Shown here piece by piece: positions 48,111-58,079 of a stretch of DNA of 64,000 nucleotides; positions within the stretch are counted from its first letter, which is position 1; every line of letters begins with the position of its first letter. This DNA comes from Opitutales bacterium. GTDB lineage: Bacteria; Verrucomicrobiota; Verrucomicrobiia; Opitutales; JABSRG01. The stretch is from contig JBMYOQ010000004.1 of assembly GCA_049599475.1 (NCBI GenBank), positions 1 through 64,000 of the forward strand, in the 5' to 3' direction. The position numbers and the translations under genes were made by a program. The notes under the pieces are model-generated. The model ran no database searches and was not told the origin of the DNA. It worked only from the letters and a program-made list of their open reading frames with translations.

Positions 48111-48271
48111 GGTTCTGCGCTGGGTGGTTGACCAGAGTTGAAATTCGACCGTTGGAGCCCGATCTTGAGAAATAATACGGATCTCTCAAATAGCGTTAGG
48201 AAATAGAGGCGAAAACTTTTACCGCGGTTTGCTTAATTGACTTCAAAGGCTGCAAACGCAGCGTTGCCGGC

Positions 48272-49345
48272 ATGGGAACACTTAGGGTCCAAGATCTGGA
48301 ATTGAAATTGAATCAATCAGTGATCCTCCAAAATGTTGATTTGGAGGCGTCGGCGGGTGCACTGACTGTTATTTCAGGCCTTAGTGAGTCAGGGAAGACC
48401 TCTCTATTACGCAGTATTGCGGGTTTTGAAAAACCTCAGAGAGGGGCGGTCGTTCTCGATGGCAAAGATGTGTCGCAGTTGAGCCCCAGTCAGCGCTCTA
48501 TTAGCCTGTTGAATCAGAAAAATGCGCTCTTCACACACCTGTCTGTTGCGAAGAATGTAGCGATGGCTTTGCGTGGAGAAGATTTGAACGATGCAGAGAC
48601 GGCTCAGAATGTATCCTGGATTTTGGACGCCTTGGGGATGAGCGAAGTCGCAGATCGCAAACCACACCAGCTTACCGGTAGTCAGCACCAGCTGGCAGCA
48701 TTGGCACGCTCTATTCTCGCACGGTCGACGTGTCTGCTGCTCGATGAACCCCTCACGAGCCTGGACCGGGTGCAGAAACAGGCTCTGTTCAATCTTATTC
48801 GCGAGGTCAGCCGAGAGCGGGAGATTTCAGTCCTCTTGGCGACTCAAGATCTGGAATCTTGCCTCCCGTATGCGGACTCAGTGGCGGTTCTGTCCGATGG
48901 ACGTATTGTCCAATCTGGAGCTCCAGATGAAATTTACCGGCGACCTCTGTCAGTCGAGGTGGCTCGTCAATTTCCGGCTTTCAACATTTTGGAGGGCAAA
49001 ATCATCCTCGCAGAGGCCGGAATGCTCTTGGTTAGCACACAGTTGGGAGATCTAGCAGGAGTTCCGGTAAACGCGGACGCCGAATTTTCCCCAGACGAAT
49101 GCGTAGATATCGCAATTCGACCCGAATCGCTTCATTGCGATTTAATGGCACCTGAGGAAAACGCATTTGCGGTCACGATACAAGAGGCCGGCTATTTTGG
49201 CTATCATGCGGATTTAAAGGTTCTGGCCAATGAACTGAGCCTGACTGTCCGTATTCCGAATCCGCAGAGTAGACAGCCCTATCTGATGGATTCCGAGATG
49301 TTTGCCTGGGTCGACAGCGATGACGTTGTGGTCATGAAACGCTAA
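48272..49345 (+). CDS. PotA/FbpC-like ABC ATP-binding protein with TOBE domain, degenerate motifs
   Basis: GLSESGKTS, ALFTHLSV, LTGSQHQ, LLLDEP, IRPE. Confidence 0.82.
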   Translation: MGTLRVQDLELKLNQSVILQNVDLEASAGALTVISGLSESGKTSLLRSIAGFEKPQRGAVVLDGKDVSQLSPSQRSISLLNQKNALFTHLSVAKNVAMALRGEDLNDAETAQNVSWILDALGMSEVADRKPHQLTGSQHQLAALARSILARSTCLLLDEPLTSLDRVQKQALFNLIREVSREREISVLLATQDLESCLPYADSVAVLSDGRIVQSGAPDEIYRRPLSVEVARQFPAFNILEGKIILAEAGMLLVSTQLGDLAGVPVNADAEFSPDECVDIAIRPESLHCDLMAPEENAFAVTIQEAGYFGYHADLKVLANELSLTVRIPNPQSRQPYLMDSEMFAWVDSDDVVVMKR

Positions 49346-49392
49346 GCTCGTTTTCAGTAGCTTGCATCAGAAATCTATGCAGCCTTTTCGGA

Positions 49393-50388
49393 ATGACTTT
49401 TGAAAAACCTACCCGCGTGGTGTTCATGGCATCGGATATTATCGCGCTACCGTCTCTGAACTGGTGTGCGGAGCACCCGATGGTCGAATTAGTGGGCGTG
49501 ATTACGCAGCCCGATCGGCGATCGGGGCGGGGTAAAAAATTAGTGCCCAATCCTATAAAAACCTGGGCACAAGAGCACCACATTGAAGTAAAATGTCCAG
49601 AGCGTCTCTCTCTCGAAGATGCTGAGTGGGTCCGGTCGCTGGAGGTGGATATCTCGATAGTGATGGCATACGGTCAGTTCCTCAAGAAGAGTATGTTGGA
49701 AGCCCCAATTGTGGATACCGTGAATCTTCATGGATCGATTTTACCGGCGTACCGCGGTGCCTGCCCAGTCGAGGCATCGATCCTCAATGGCGATCCTGAG
49801 GCGGGAGTCTCACTCATGCGTTTGGTCAAGAAAATGGATGCCGGGCCGGTTTATGATGTCGAGAAAGTTGCGATCGATGGCTTGCCCACAGGTCCCGAAC
49901 TGCGCGAGCGAGTGGGGGGCGTGTGCCCTAGGCTCCTTGAGCGAGCTTTGCCATTGATTGTGTCCTCGGAACGCGGACCGGTTGAGCAAGATCCCAGTTC
50001 GGTAAGCTACGTCCGTAGACTCTTCAAAACCGACGCTTTCATTGACTTCAATAATGAGGCGGCGGCGATCGAACGCCGAAGTCGAGCGCTATACCCTTGG
50101 CCAGGGACGGCAATCCAAGTAAAGGGTGAGACGCTCAAACTCGCGGATTTGAAAGTCGTTCCAGGCTTCGATGATCAGGCGCCAGGCACCGTGTTGGAGA
50201 TTGATGGGCAGATCGGTATCGCGTGTGCGTCGGGAGCCATTGTTCCCGGACAATGGCAGCGCCCAGGAGGTAAAATGCTCGCATCGGCTGATTTTTTCCG
50301 TGGATTCTCACTTGAGCTGGGAACAGTGATCGAATCGGTGAATAATCCGCCAGTTATCAGTGCGGCTCCTTATATCTACGCGTCTTAA
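49393..50388 (+). CDS. fmt: Methionyl-tRNA formyltransferase
   Basis: TQPDRRSGRG, VMAYGQ, NLHGSILPAYRGACP, MDAGP, PWPG. Confidence 0.95.
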   Translation: MTFEKPTRVVFMASDIIALPSLNWCAEHPMVELVGVITQPDRRSGRGKKLVPNPIKTWAQEHHIEVKCPERLSLEDAEWVRSLEVDISIVMAYGQFLKKSMLEAPIVDTVNLHGSILPAYRGACPVEASILNGDPEAGVSLMRLVKKMDAGPVYDVEKVAIDGLPTGPELRERVGGVCPRLLERALPLIVSSERGPVEQDPSSVSYVRRLFKTDAFIDFNNEAAAIERRSRALYPWPGTAIQVKGETLKLADLKVVPGFDDQAPGTVLEIDGQIGIACASGAIVPGQWQRPGGKMLASADFFRGFSLELGTVIESVNNPPVISAAPYIYAS

Positions 50389-50541
50389 GCCTTTGTTAGA
50401 CCCTCGATCGGCTCACCAGGGACGGTTCTACCATTTGTTAGTCGCGGCACCCTGCTGTTTTGACTCGCTCAAGGGCATGGGTAAATCGAATGGCTACCGC
50501 GAATTTGAGCATCCCAAGAGCCGACGCCATGAGCTCCACCT

Positions 50542-51822
50542 CTATAGAATGTCGCTCAGAGAGCCGTAGTCGGCGCGGAAAAGGCGCATGTAGAGGCGGA
50601 TCGCTTCTCCGTCTGTGAAAGAGGAGAGGGCGTCGCATAGGATTCTGTAGCGGTGGATTGTAGAATCCGCATCACGGATTCGCCTATCCCATGCATCTGG
50701 GAGAATACGAAGGCTTGCGCTGCTTGAGCCGATATAGGTGTCTTCTAAGGCCTCAAACAGATTTTGCACAAGATAGCGCCCCCGGAATTCACTCTGTTGG
50801 ACTTGGGGAGATTTAAAGATCAGATCGAAGGCAATGCGTTTGTAAATCGAACACTCGCGTTCGACCGCAGGATCGATCTGTAGGGTCCATGCATAGCGAC
50901 CGCTTGTCGAAGAATCTTCACTCCTGATGATCTCGACGCTTCTAATGAAGGTTCCGATCTTTGCGGCGTGTCTCCGCTCATAGCTTTGGCTGCGTATCGC
51001 GTCGCAAAGCCTTTTGATGTGATGGTGATCCTCGGCTTGCAAGTCCGCTTGGCTGTCCGCCCAGTCTTGAAGCTTTTGCACTGAAATGTATCCAGCCTGA
51101 ATTCCGTCGGAAAGGTCATTGAGTGAATAAGCCGTATCGTCGGACCAATCCATTATCTGGCATTCCAAGCTTTTGCGCTTGGGAAGTGCTCCATCTAGGT
51201 GCACCCAGTTTATAATCTCTGCCTGCTCGTCGTAGACGAAATGATTCTTCGGGTATTTGGGGGCTCCTTGGTCGTCGACCTGCGTGCGCTCTGAGAATGT
51301 CTGCTTGTATTTCAGCACACTATCCAACAAAGCCCGAGTAGGATTCATCCCTTGAGAGCCCTCGGGACGGTCGAAGATAAGCTCAGTTAGAATACGCAGG
51401 GTCTGCGCATTGCCCTCAAACCCACCTTGTTGGAGCATGCAATCGTTGAGGGTGCGCTCGCCGATGTGTCCGAATGGGGGATGTCCCAGGTCGTGAGCCA
51501 GGCAGGCGGCCTCGACTAAATCAGCATCGACCGTTACGGGCTCCGGGGAGCGCTCTTGCAGCAAGAGATTCACACGATCTACAATCGATCTACCGATCTT
51601 CGCGACTTCGATCGAATGTGTGAGCCGGGTTCGGTAAAAATCATAGTCTCCTGATTGGAAAACCTGCGTCTTCGACTGAAGTCGGCGAAACGCATATGAG
51701 AATATGATACGATCGCGCTCGATCTGAAAAAGTGAGCGAGTCTCAGCATCTGATGTTTTGATCTGACCTTCTGGGGGCCAGCGATCGAGGTCTTGGGAAG
51801 TGTAGAAGGGCGCTTGGGCCAT
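50542..51822 (-). CDS. dgt: dGTP triphosphohydrolase (HD domain)
   Basis: RDRIIFSYAFRRLQSKTQVF, RTRLTHSIEV, HDLGHPPFGH, FEGNAQ, DDTAY; likely start 51822. Confidence 0.92.
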   Translation of the reverse strand: MAQAPFYTSQDLDRWPPEGQIKTSDAETRSLFQIERDRIIFSYAFRRLQSKTQVFQSGDYDFYRTRLTHSIEVAKIGRSIVDRVNLLLQERSPEPVTVDADLVEAACLAHDLGHPPFGHIGERTLNDCMLQQGGFEGNAQTLRILTELIFDRPEGSQGMNPTRALLDSVLKYKQTFSERTQVDDQGAPKYPKNHFVYDEQAEIINWVHLDGALPKRKSLECQIMDWSDDTAYSLNDLSDGIQAGYISVQKLQDWADSQADLQAEDHHHIKRLCDAIRSQSYERRHAAKIGTFIRSVEIIRSEDSSTSGRYAWTLQIDPAVERECSIYKRIAFDLIFKSPQVQQSEFRGRYLVQNLFEALEDTYIGSSSASLRILPDAWDRRIRDADSTIHRYRILCDALSSFTDGEAIRLYMRLFRADYGSLSDIL

Positions 51823-51926
51823 AGTATATTTCAAAGACTTACCATTGCTGGCGAGGCGACAATCGCAAAATGGCCCCTTATAGATATTCAATTTGCAAGA
51901 TGGAACATCACTAGCTAGCGAACGGC

Positions 51927-52547
51927 ATGTCAGAGCAGGAATATTATCAAGTTTCACCGATTCGAGTGACTGTCTATATGGCCTCGAGTAACGACGTGGA
52001 TGAAAAGTATTTCCACGTAGCGAAAGAGCTTGGGGCGAAAATCGCCCAGTCAGGAATGCGGCTGGTGTATGGAGGCGGCAGCAAGGGGCTCATGGGAGCC
52101 GTCGCGGATGCTGTGTTGGAATCCGGTGGGGAAGTGACTGGAGTGATCCCGACCTTTATGAAGGAGCGGGAATGGGCTCACCACGGTCTCACTGAAATGA
52201 TCGAAGTCGATACCATGCACGAACGGAAGACTGCGATGGTCGCTCAGTGTGATGCAATAATAGCCCTGCCAGGAGGGTGCGGCACTTTTGAGGAGCTCTT
52301 GGAAGCTATCACCTGGCGGCGTTTAGAATTGATCCACAAACCGATACTTATTTTCAACCAAGATGGCTATTACGATCCACTCATTGCTTTGATGGACCGA
52401 GCGATCGAAGACGGATTTATGCGCCCAGAATTCTCCGAATTTTGGCATATCGTCGATAACGCAGACGAAGCGCTTAAATACATCGAGTACAAAGCAAGAG
52501 GGCTCGGTGAATATCACAAGAGCCCTCCGAGAGATCTTGGAACTTAA
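51927..52547 (+). CDS. LOG family nucleotide phosphoribohydrolase (TIGR00730-type)
   Basis: LVYGGG..GLMG, MHERK, PGGCGTFEE. Confidence 0.92.
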   Translation: MSEQEYYQVSPIRVTVYMASSNDVDEKYFHVAKELGAKIAQSGMRLVYGGGSKGLMGAVADAVLESGGEVTGVIPTFMKEREWAHHGLTEMIEVDTMHERKTAMVAQCDAIIALPGGCGTFEELLEAITWRRLELIHKPILIFNQDGYYDPLIALMDRAIEDGFMRPEFSEFWHIVDNADEALKYIEYKARGLGEYHKSPPRDLGT

Positions 52548-52549
52548 AA

Positions 52550-53116
52550 TTAAGATGCTACAGCGGCCGCATCCTGTCCAAGAAACTCAGCATTTCTCGA
52601 AGGGAATGGGCTGCGAGTCTCTCCTAGTTGCTTGGGCTGCACTTCTGCGCCCGCCTCAGCGATCAAGGCTAAGAAATCTTCTTTCAAGGCGCGCATTGCT
52701 GAGCAGCGGCCATTTTCAAATGCCAACTTAAGACCGTTCGATAGGTCTTCCTCAGTGGCACGTTCCATCTCGATGAGACGACGGTTTAACAAGTAAAATA
52801 CAGACTGCAGAATCGGATTCGATTTGTCTGATTCGCCGAGGGCGTTGCGCAGGGCAGAGAATTCGACAGACTCAGTTGCTGCCATATTCTCGCGGAGTTT
52901 GTGCTGCTGCCCAAGCGATTCGCGCATGTAGGCTACCTGTGAGCGGAGCTCTGCAAGCTCAGTCTCTTGTTTTAGGTGGAGTTGTTCGAGGCTCAGCTTT
53001 TCGCGCTCGAGTTTGCGGCACTGGTCTTTCCAGGCTTTTGATTGGTTGGCTAATGCGGCCTCTTTCGCCTTAGACGACGAATTCAGCCCCGGCAGGTTGA
53101 ATGGGGTACGGCTCAT
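52550..53116 (-). CDS. Hypothetical coiled-coil protein
   Basis: 188-aa ORF filling the gap between LOG and tyrS; heptad-rich N-terminal half. Confidence 0.65.
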   Translation of the reverse strand: MSRTPFNLPGLNSSSKAKEAALANQSKAWKDQCRKLEREKLSLEQLHLKQETELAELRSQVAYMRESLGQQHKLRENMAATESVEFSALRNALGESDKSNPILQSVFYLLNRRLIEMERATEEDLSNGLKLAFENGRCSAMRALKEDFLALIAEAGAEVQPKQLGETRSPFPSRNAEFLGQDAAAVAS

Positions 53117-53243
53117 AGATAATCAGGAGGAGGTTGTGTGAGAGGGGGATCCCCTTTGTAACGGTCAATTTAATTTTTGTTTAGGTAAAAACTTAGGCTA
53201 GCCCGCAAATTTTCCCCTCCTGAGACCGCATTATCATTAGGAT

Positions 53244-54425
53244 CTAGGCGGTCACTTTTATGAACTTTCTCTTCCCGGCTTGAAGAATGATTTCCTCGTC
53301 TGGCTTGCTCAGAATCGCGTTCGGATCGTCAAGTTTTACCTGGTTTGCTTTAATAGCGCCCTGCTTGAAGAGGCGTCGGATTTCGCTCTTACTCCCAAAG
53401 ATATTGCCTGCAGCGGCCATGACGTCCACGTAGTTCGCGGAGTCTCCGAGCCCGAGTGAATCCCACGTAAAGGTCGGCATATCCTCCGGTATCTTATTCT
53501 GGGAAAATACCTTTTCGAAGGCCGCCAGTTCGGCCTCGCCGGAACCTTCGCCGTAAAACTGAGAAACCAGCTCCGATGCCAGTGCCTTCTTGCACTTCAT
53601 GGGGTGCTCCGATTTGAGGGCCTCGATCTCATCCGGGGTCTTGAGGAGCAGGAGAGTGTAGTAGTCCCACATCACATCATCGCTGATAGACATTACCTTG
53701 CCAAAGATTTCCTTAGGACTGTCGTTAAACGCGATGTAATTGTCCTGGCTCTTGGACATTTTCTTGGTCCCGTCGAGCCCTACGAGCAAAGGCATTGTGA
53801 GGCAAATCTGCTCTGCTTGGCCGGCTTCTTTTTGAAGGTGGCGACCCACGAGTAGGTTGAAAAGCTGGTCACTGCCTCCGAGTTCGATATCGGCTTTGAG
53901 TTCGACAGAATCTTGGCCCTGGACGAGCGGGTAGAGAAATTCGATGATCGAAATGGGCTTGTTGTCCTTGTAGCGCTTCGAGAAATCATCACGCTCCAAC
54001 ATTCGCGAAACGGTCATTTTGCGAGCGAGTAGCAGGCAATCTTCAAACCTCTGTTTCGCAAACCATTCGCTATTGTGGCGGACCTCGGTTTTTTCTGGAT
54101 CCAAAATCTTGTATGCCTGCTCGAGGTAGGTAGAGGCGTTGGCCGCGATCTCTTCCTTGGTCAGCGTGGGGCGTAGGTCCGAGCGACCGGACGGATCGCC
54201 GATCAACGTGGTGAAGTCTCCAATGAGGAGGATCGCTTGGTGACCCTGGTCTTGGAACTGACGAAGCTTATTGAAAACGACCATATGTCCAAAGGTCAGG
54301 TCGGGACGCGTGGGGTCTACACCGAGCTTTACGCGTAGGCATTTGCCTGCTTCGAGGCGTTCCTTGAGATCTTCACCGCCGATAACGGTGTCTGCATTGC
54401 TGACTAGGGTTTCGTATGCGTCCAT
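53244..54425 (-). CDS. tyrS: Tyrosine--tRNA ligase
   Basis: KLGVDPTRPDLTFGH, IGDPSGR, LYPLVQG, GGSDQLFN, KMSKS, C-terminal S4 domain. Confidence 0.97.
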   Translation of the reverse strand: MDAYETLVSNADTVIGGEDLKERLEAGKCLRVKLGVDPTRPDLTFGHMVVFNKLRQFQDQGHQAILLIGDFTTLIGDPSGRSDLRPTLTKEEIAANASTYLEQAYKILDPEKTEVRHNSEWFAKQRFEDCLLLARKMTVSRMLERDDFSKRYKDNKPISIIEFLYPLVQGQDSVELKADIELGGSDQLFNLLVGRHLQKEAGQAEQICLTMPLLVGLDGTKKMSKSQDNYIAFNDSPKEIFGKVMSISDDVMWDYYTLLLLKTPDEIEALKSEHPMKCKKALASELVSQFYGEGSGEAELAAFEKVFSQNKIPEDMPTFTWDSLGLGDSANYVDVMAAAGNIFGSKSEIRRLFKQGAIKANQVKLDDPNAILSKPDEEIILQAGKRKFIKVTA

Positions 54426-54484
54426 GGGCAGGCCAGCAAATCCATTGTGCGCTGAGCATCAACGGTTTTTTTATCTTACGAAAG

Positions 54485-55177
54485 CTAGCCTTGCATCAAG
54501 CTGAGGTGTTTTCCGTTATCTTCTGGGCCTAGGTCCGCGATTCGTTGGGCATTCGTCTCTGCCCACTTTGCAGCATCTGGATAGTTTTCCGCCTTGTTTC
54601 CCATGATGGAACGGGTCAATCGCGTATCGACGACTCCCGGGAAGATGTTGACCCGTGTCAGGTTCTTCGGGCTTTCGGCGGCTAGCAAGTCGAGTAGCAG
54701 TCCCGCTCCCTGTTTACTGATCGCATAGGGAATCAAGCCAGCGGGTGGAAAACCGGAAGCAGGCAGCGTTACATGGGCGATAACCCCGGCCGAGCTGCGT
54801 AGAGCAGGTAAAAGGCTGTGGATTACGCGAATCGTTCCTGCGTAGTTGGTGTTAAGAATATCTTCGATTTCTTGCAGCTTGGCCCGGTCGAAGCGCTGTG
54901 GTTTCAAAGTGGCAGCTGCATTCAGTATGAGTAGGTCCAAACCGCCCAAGGTCTCCATCGCATGCGCGGCCCATTTTTCGACAGAAATACGACTTCTCAC
55001 ATCGCAGACTTGCGCGTCAGCATCCGGGAATTGCGCCTTGAGCTGATCAATGGCTTCCGCAGATCGAGCCATACCAGCCACGCTATAAGACTCGGGCCGG
55101 GCGGCGTAGTATTCGAAAAGAGCTCGTCCGATACCGCGTGATACGCCAGTGACGATTATTCTTTTTGTTTCTCCCAT
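54485..55177 (-). CDS. SDR family oxidoreductase
   Basis: TGVSRGIG, LILNAA, YAISK, PGVVDT. Confidence 0.88.
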   Translation of the reverse strand: MGETKRIIVTGVSRGIGRALFEYYAARPESYSVAGMARSAEAIDQLKAQFPDADAQVCDVRSRISVEKWAAHAMETLGGLDLLILNAAATLKPQRFDRAKLQEIEDILNTNYAGTIRVIHSLLPALRSSAGVIAHVTLPASGFPPAGLIPYAISKQGAGLLLDLLAAESPKNLTRVNIFPGVVDTRLTRSIMGNKAENYPDAAKWAETNAQRIADLGPEDNGKHLSLMQG

Positions 55178-55280
55178 TTAACAAGTTAGCCCGTTCCTCA
55201 TTCTCATCAAACAAAAGAGATGCATTTTGGTGTGGGTCACTGCTTGACGGCAAATGTCGGGCATTCCACACTCCGCGGCT

Positions 55281-56543
55281 ATGATCGATATCAAGATCCT
55301 GAGGGAGTCTGCTGACGAAATTAAAAAGGCCGTAGCGCGCAAAAAATTTGATTGCGACGTGGACGAGGTCCTGCGCCTAGATGTAAAGCGCAGAGAACTT
55401 ATCACCTCTGCCGAGTCTGCACGCGCCGAACAAAAGGCCGCAAGTAAGGCCATGGCTTCATTGAAAAAAGGCTCTCCCGAATTCATGGAGAAAGTAGGAG
55501 AGACCAAGGCATTAGCCGCTAAGGCAAAGGAACTCGATCAAGAAGCGAAGGCTGCGAACGAAGCATTTCAAGCGTCCCTGATGACGATTCCGAATTATCC
55601 GGACGCCTCCATACCCGATGGCCGCGATGAATCCGATGCAAAGGAAGTACTCAGCGAAGGGAGTATTGAAAATTACCCGCATGCGGTTCCTCATTTTGAC
55701 ATTCCATGGTTCAGCAAACTGATAGATTTCGACCGTGGTTCGAAAGTCACGGGTGCTGGTTTTCCATTTTTTGTCGGGGATGCTGCGCGCTTAGTCCGAG
55801 CGCTCTTACAATACTTTCTGGATGCTGCGAATGATGCCGGGTTCGAAGAAATGGCGCCGCCTATCTTTGTAAATGAGGCCAGTGCGACTGCGACCGGGCA
55901 ACTTCCAGACAAGGAAGGGCAGATGTATTTCGACCAAAATGAGGGGCTTTATATGATCCCTACAGCCGAGGTGCCCGTGACGAACTTTATTCGGAATGAG
56001 ATTCTGGATAACAAAATTTTGCCTCTTGGACGCTGTGCTTACACGCCTTGTTTCCGGAGAGAAGCGGGTAGCTGGGGCGCTCATGTACGCGGGCTAAACC
56101 GGGTGCACCAGTTTGACAAGGTCGAGGTGGTGAAGTGGACTCGCCCCGAGAATAGCTTAGAGGAATTGGAGTCTCTCAGGTCGCACGCGGAGTCACTGCT
56201 GCGGGCCTTGGAGTTGCCATTCCGGACCTTGCTGATGCCCGCTGGCGACATCGGTTTTACGCATTCTAAGCAATACGACCTTGAGGTATACGCTGCGGGC
56301 CAAAAACGCTGGCTGGAAGTCTCGAGCTGCAGTAGTTTCACGGACTATCAGGCGCGTCGTGCAAACATTCGATACCGCGATGAAGATGGGAATGTGAAAT
56401 TTGTCCATACGCTGAACGGATCCGCGCTGGCAATTCCCCGTGTCCTGGCAGCCATTCTGGAAAACAACCTGCAGGAGGATGGGACCGTTTCTGTTCCTAA
56501 GGTGCTCCAGCCGTATTTCCGAAAGGAAAGCATTGGAGGATAA
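55281..56543 (+). CDS. serS: Serine--tRNA ligase
   Basis: MIDIKILR, TGQLP, IPTAEVP, FRREAG, RVHQFDKVE, EVSSCS, HTLNGS. Confidence 0.97.
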   Translation: MIDIKILRESADEIKKAVARKKFDCDVDEVLRLDVKRRELITSAESARAEQKAASKAMASLKKGSPEFMEKVGETKALAAKAKELDQEAKAANEAFQASLMTIPNYPDASIPDGRDESDAKEVLSEGSIENYPHAVPHFDIPWFSKLIDFDRGSKVTGAGFPFFVGDAARLVRALLQYFLDAANDAGFEEMAPPIFVNEASATATGQLPDKEGQMYFDQNEGLYMIPTAEVPVTNFIRNEILDNKILPLGRCAYTPCFRREAGSWGAHVRGLNRVHQFDKVEVVKWTRPENSLEELESLRSHAESLLRALELPFRTLLMPAGDIGFTHSKQYDLEVYAAGQKRWLEVSSCSSFTDYQARRANIRYRDEDGNVKFVHTLNGSALAIPRVLAAILENNLQEDGTVSVPKVLQPYFRKESIGG

Positions 56544-56587
56544 GAATTCCTCGCGGCGACTGTTGAGTGCTTGTTATGTCCTAAGCG

Positions 56588-58051
56588 ATGAATAAGGCTC
56601 AGCTGCCAGATCAAATCTGTCGGGCAGAGGTGCTCTCTGTTTCGCAGACCTTGGGTCTTCCTTCGAAGGTGAGACCAGAGGTCACAGAAGCTTTATCCTC
56701 GTCTGGCGTGGTGGCAGTCGCCTGTAGCGGAGGCGTCGATTCGGTTGCGGCACTTCTGTGGGTATGGGCGACTTATCCGCAGCTGACCTTACGCGTGGTT
56801 CATTTTGACCATAGGATTCGAGGAGAAGCCTCGGCGGCAGACGCAGCATTTGTAGAGGCATTAGCCAATTGCTTGGGAATTGAATGCATCTCCGATGCTT
56901 GGTTAGCCGCAGATCCAGATGCATCAGAATCCCTGTTGAGGGACGCGCGTCTTGAGTTCTTTTCGCGAATTTATCGATCCGAGCGATTGGAATCGATTGT
57001 GACAGGGCATCATGTAGACGATCTGGTAGAGACCTTTTTGATGCGCGCTCTGAGAGGCGTCGGCGCTCATGGATTGTCTGCACCGCGTCCAGTTTCGCGT
57101 GCATCCGCGGGGATGGTATTTCTCCGGCCTTTCCTTGATGTGGAGAAATCGAGTTTGGTTGAATTCCTGAAGCAGCTTTCGATCAAGGGGTGCTCTGACG
57201 AAACCAATGCAGATACACGCTATTTACGTAATGCAGTGCGCAAACAGGTTACGCCAGAGTTGGAGAGCGTCTCGCAACAGTTTGGCAGAGACCTCCGGGC
57301 GATGATTTCAAAAACTCGTGATACGCTCGAAGCAGACTCCGAAATCCTGGAGTGGGCCGTGGATGCAGCGCTCGATAAGGCGCGTGTCCCGGAGACAGAG
57401 CGGCTGAGTCGGGCAGTGCTCAGGACGTTTCCCGAGGTTTTGCAGCAGCGAGTCGTCGAGTCGTGGCTCCGAAGTGCTGTTGCTTCCGAGGGATCTTCGG
57501 GTGCGCTGGTGGAAATCGTAGCGGCGATTGCTCAAGACGAAGTGAAAGAGGTCCAGATCAGTGCTGCTTGGAAAGTCAGGATTGAAACATCGCTCGATGC
57601 GAAACCGGTGGGTCGTGAGAAAGACTCTGTTGAATTCGAATTTTCGCCGAGTCGACTGATTCCAGGGGTAGACATTTTTCTTCCTGGTGGACGAGTCTTT
57701 CGAGCAGACATGTGTGAGGTCGGAGACGAACTCATGGAGCGCATCTCGTCCCGAGCTGTTGATCCTAAGGGTGAAGCCTGGTTGGCGCTGACCCATCTCG
57801 ATCTTGGCGGACTCTATCTGAGAAATCGCCGTCCAGGTGATCGATATCACTTACTTGGGGCTCCTGGATCTAAAAAACTGAAAGATATTCTCAACCAAAG
57901 GAAAATACCGCTATCGGAACGAATAATTCTGCCGACTGTCTGTGATAATGCAGAATCGATTTTGTGGGTTCCGGGACTTCCCCCGTCAGAAACAGTAAAG
58001 ATCAGTGAATCTACGAAACTCGCTCTGCGATTGACTTACAGGTCATTGTAG
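56588..58051 (+). CDS. tilS: tRNA(Ile)-lysidine synthetase
   Basis: ACSGGVDS, HFDHRIRG, GHHVDDLVET, RPFL, DETN, RNAVR; immediately upstream of ftsH. Confidence 0.95.
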   Translation: MNKAQLPDQICRAEVLSVSQTLGLPSKVRPEVTEALSSSGVVAVACSGGVDSVAALLWVWATYPQLTLRVVHFDHRIRGEASAADAAFVEALANCLGIECISDAWLAADPDASESLLRDARLEFFSRIYRSERLESIVTGHHVDDLVETFLMRALRGVGAHGLSAPRPVSRASAGMVFLRPFLDVEKSSLVEFLKQLSIKGCSDETNADTRYLRNAVRKQVTPELESVSQQFGRDLRAMISKTRDTLEADSEILEWAVDAALDKARVPETERLSRAVLRTFPEVLQQRVVESWLRSAVASEGSSGALVEIVAAIAQDEVKEVQISAAWKVRIETSLDAKPVGREKDSVEFEFSPSRLIPGVDIFLPGGRVFRADMCEVGDELMERISSRAVDPKGEAWLALTHLDLGGLYLRNRRPGDRYHLLGAPGSKKLKDILNQRKIPLSERIILPTVCDNAESILWVPGLPPSETVKISESTKLALRLTYRSL

Positions 58052-58079
58052 GTTCGGTTAACACTCTTATACATTTCTC

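Noticed and set aside
50542..52547. dGTPase + LOG as an anti-phage nucleotide-depletion system
   Set aside because: Divergent genes inside a housekeeping block (fmt, tyrS, serS) with no defence or mobile genes nearby; ordinary nucleotide metabolism is more likely
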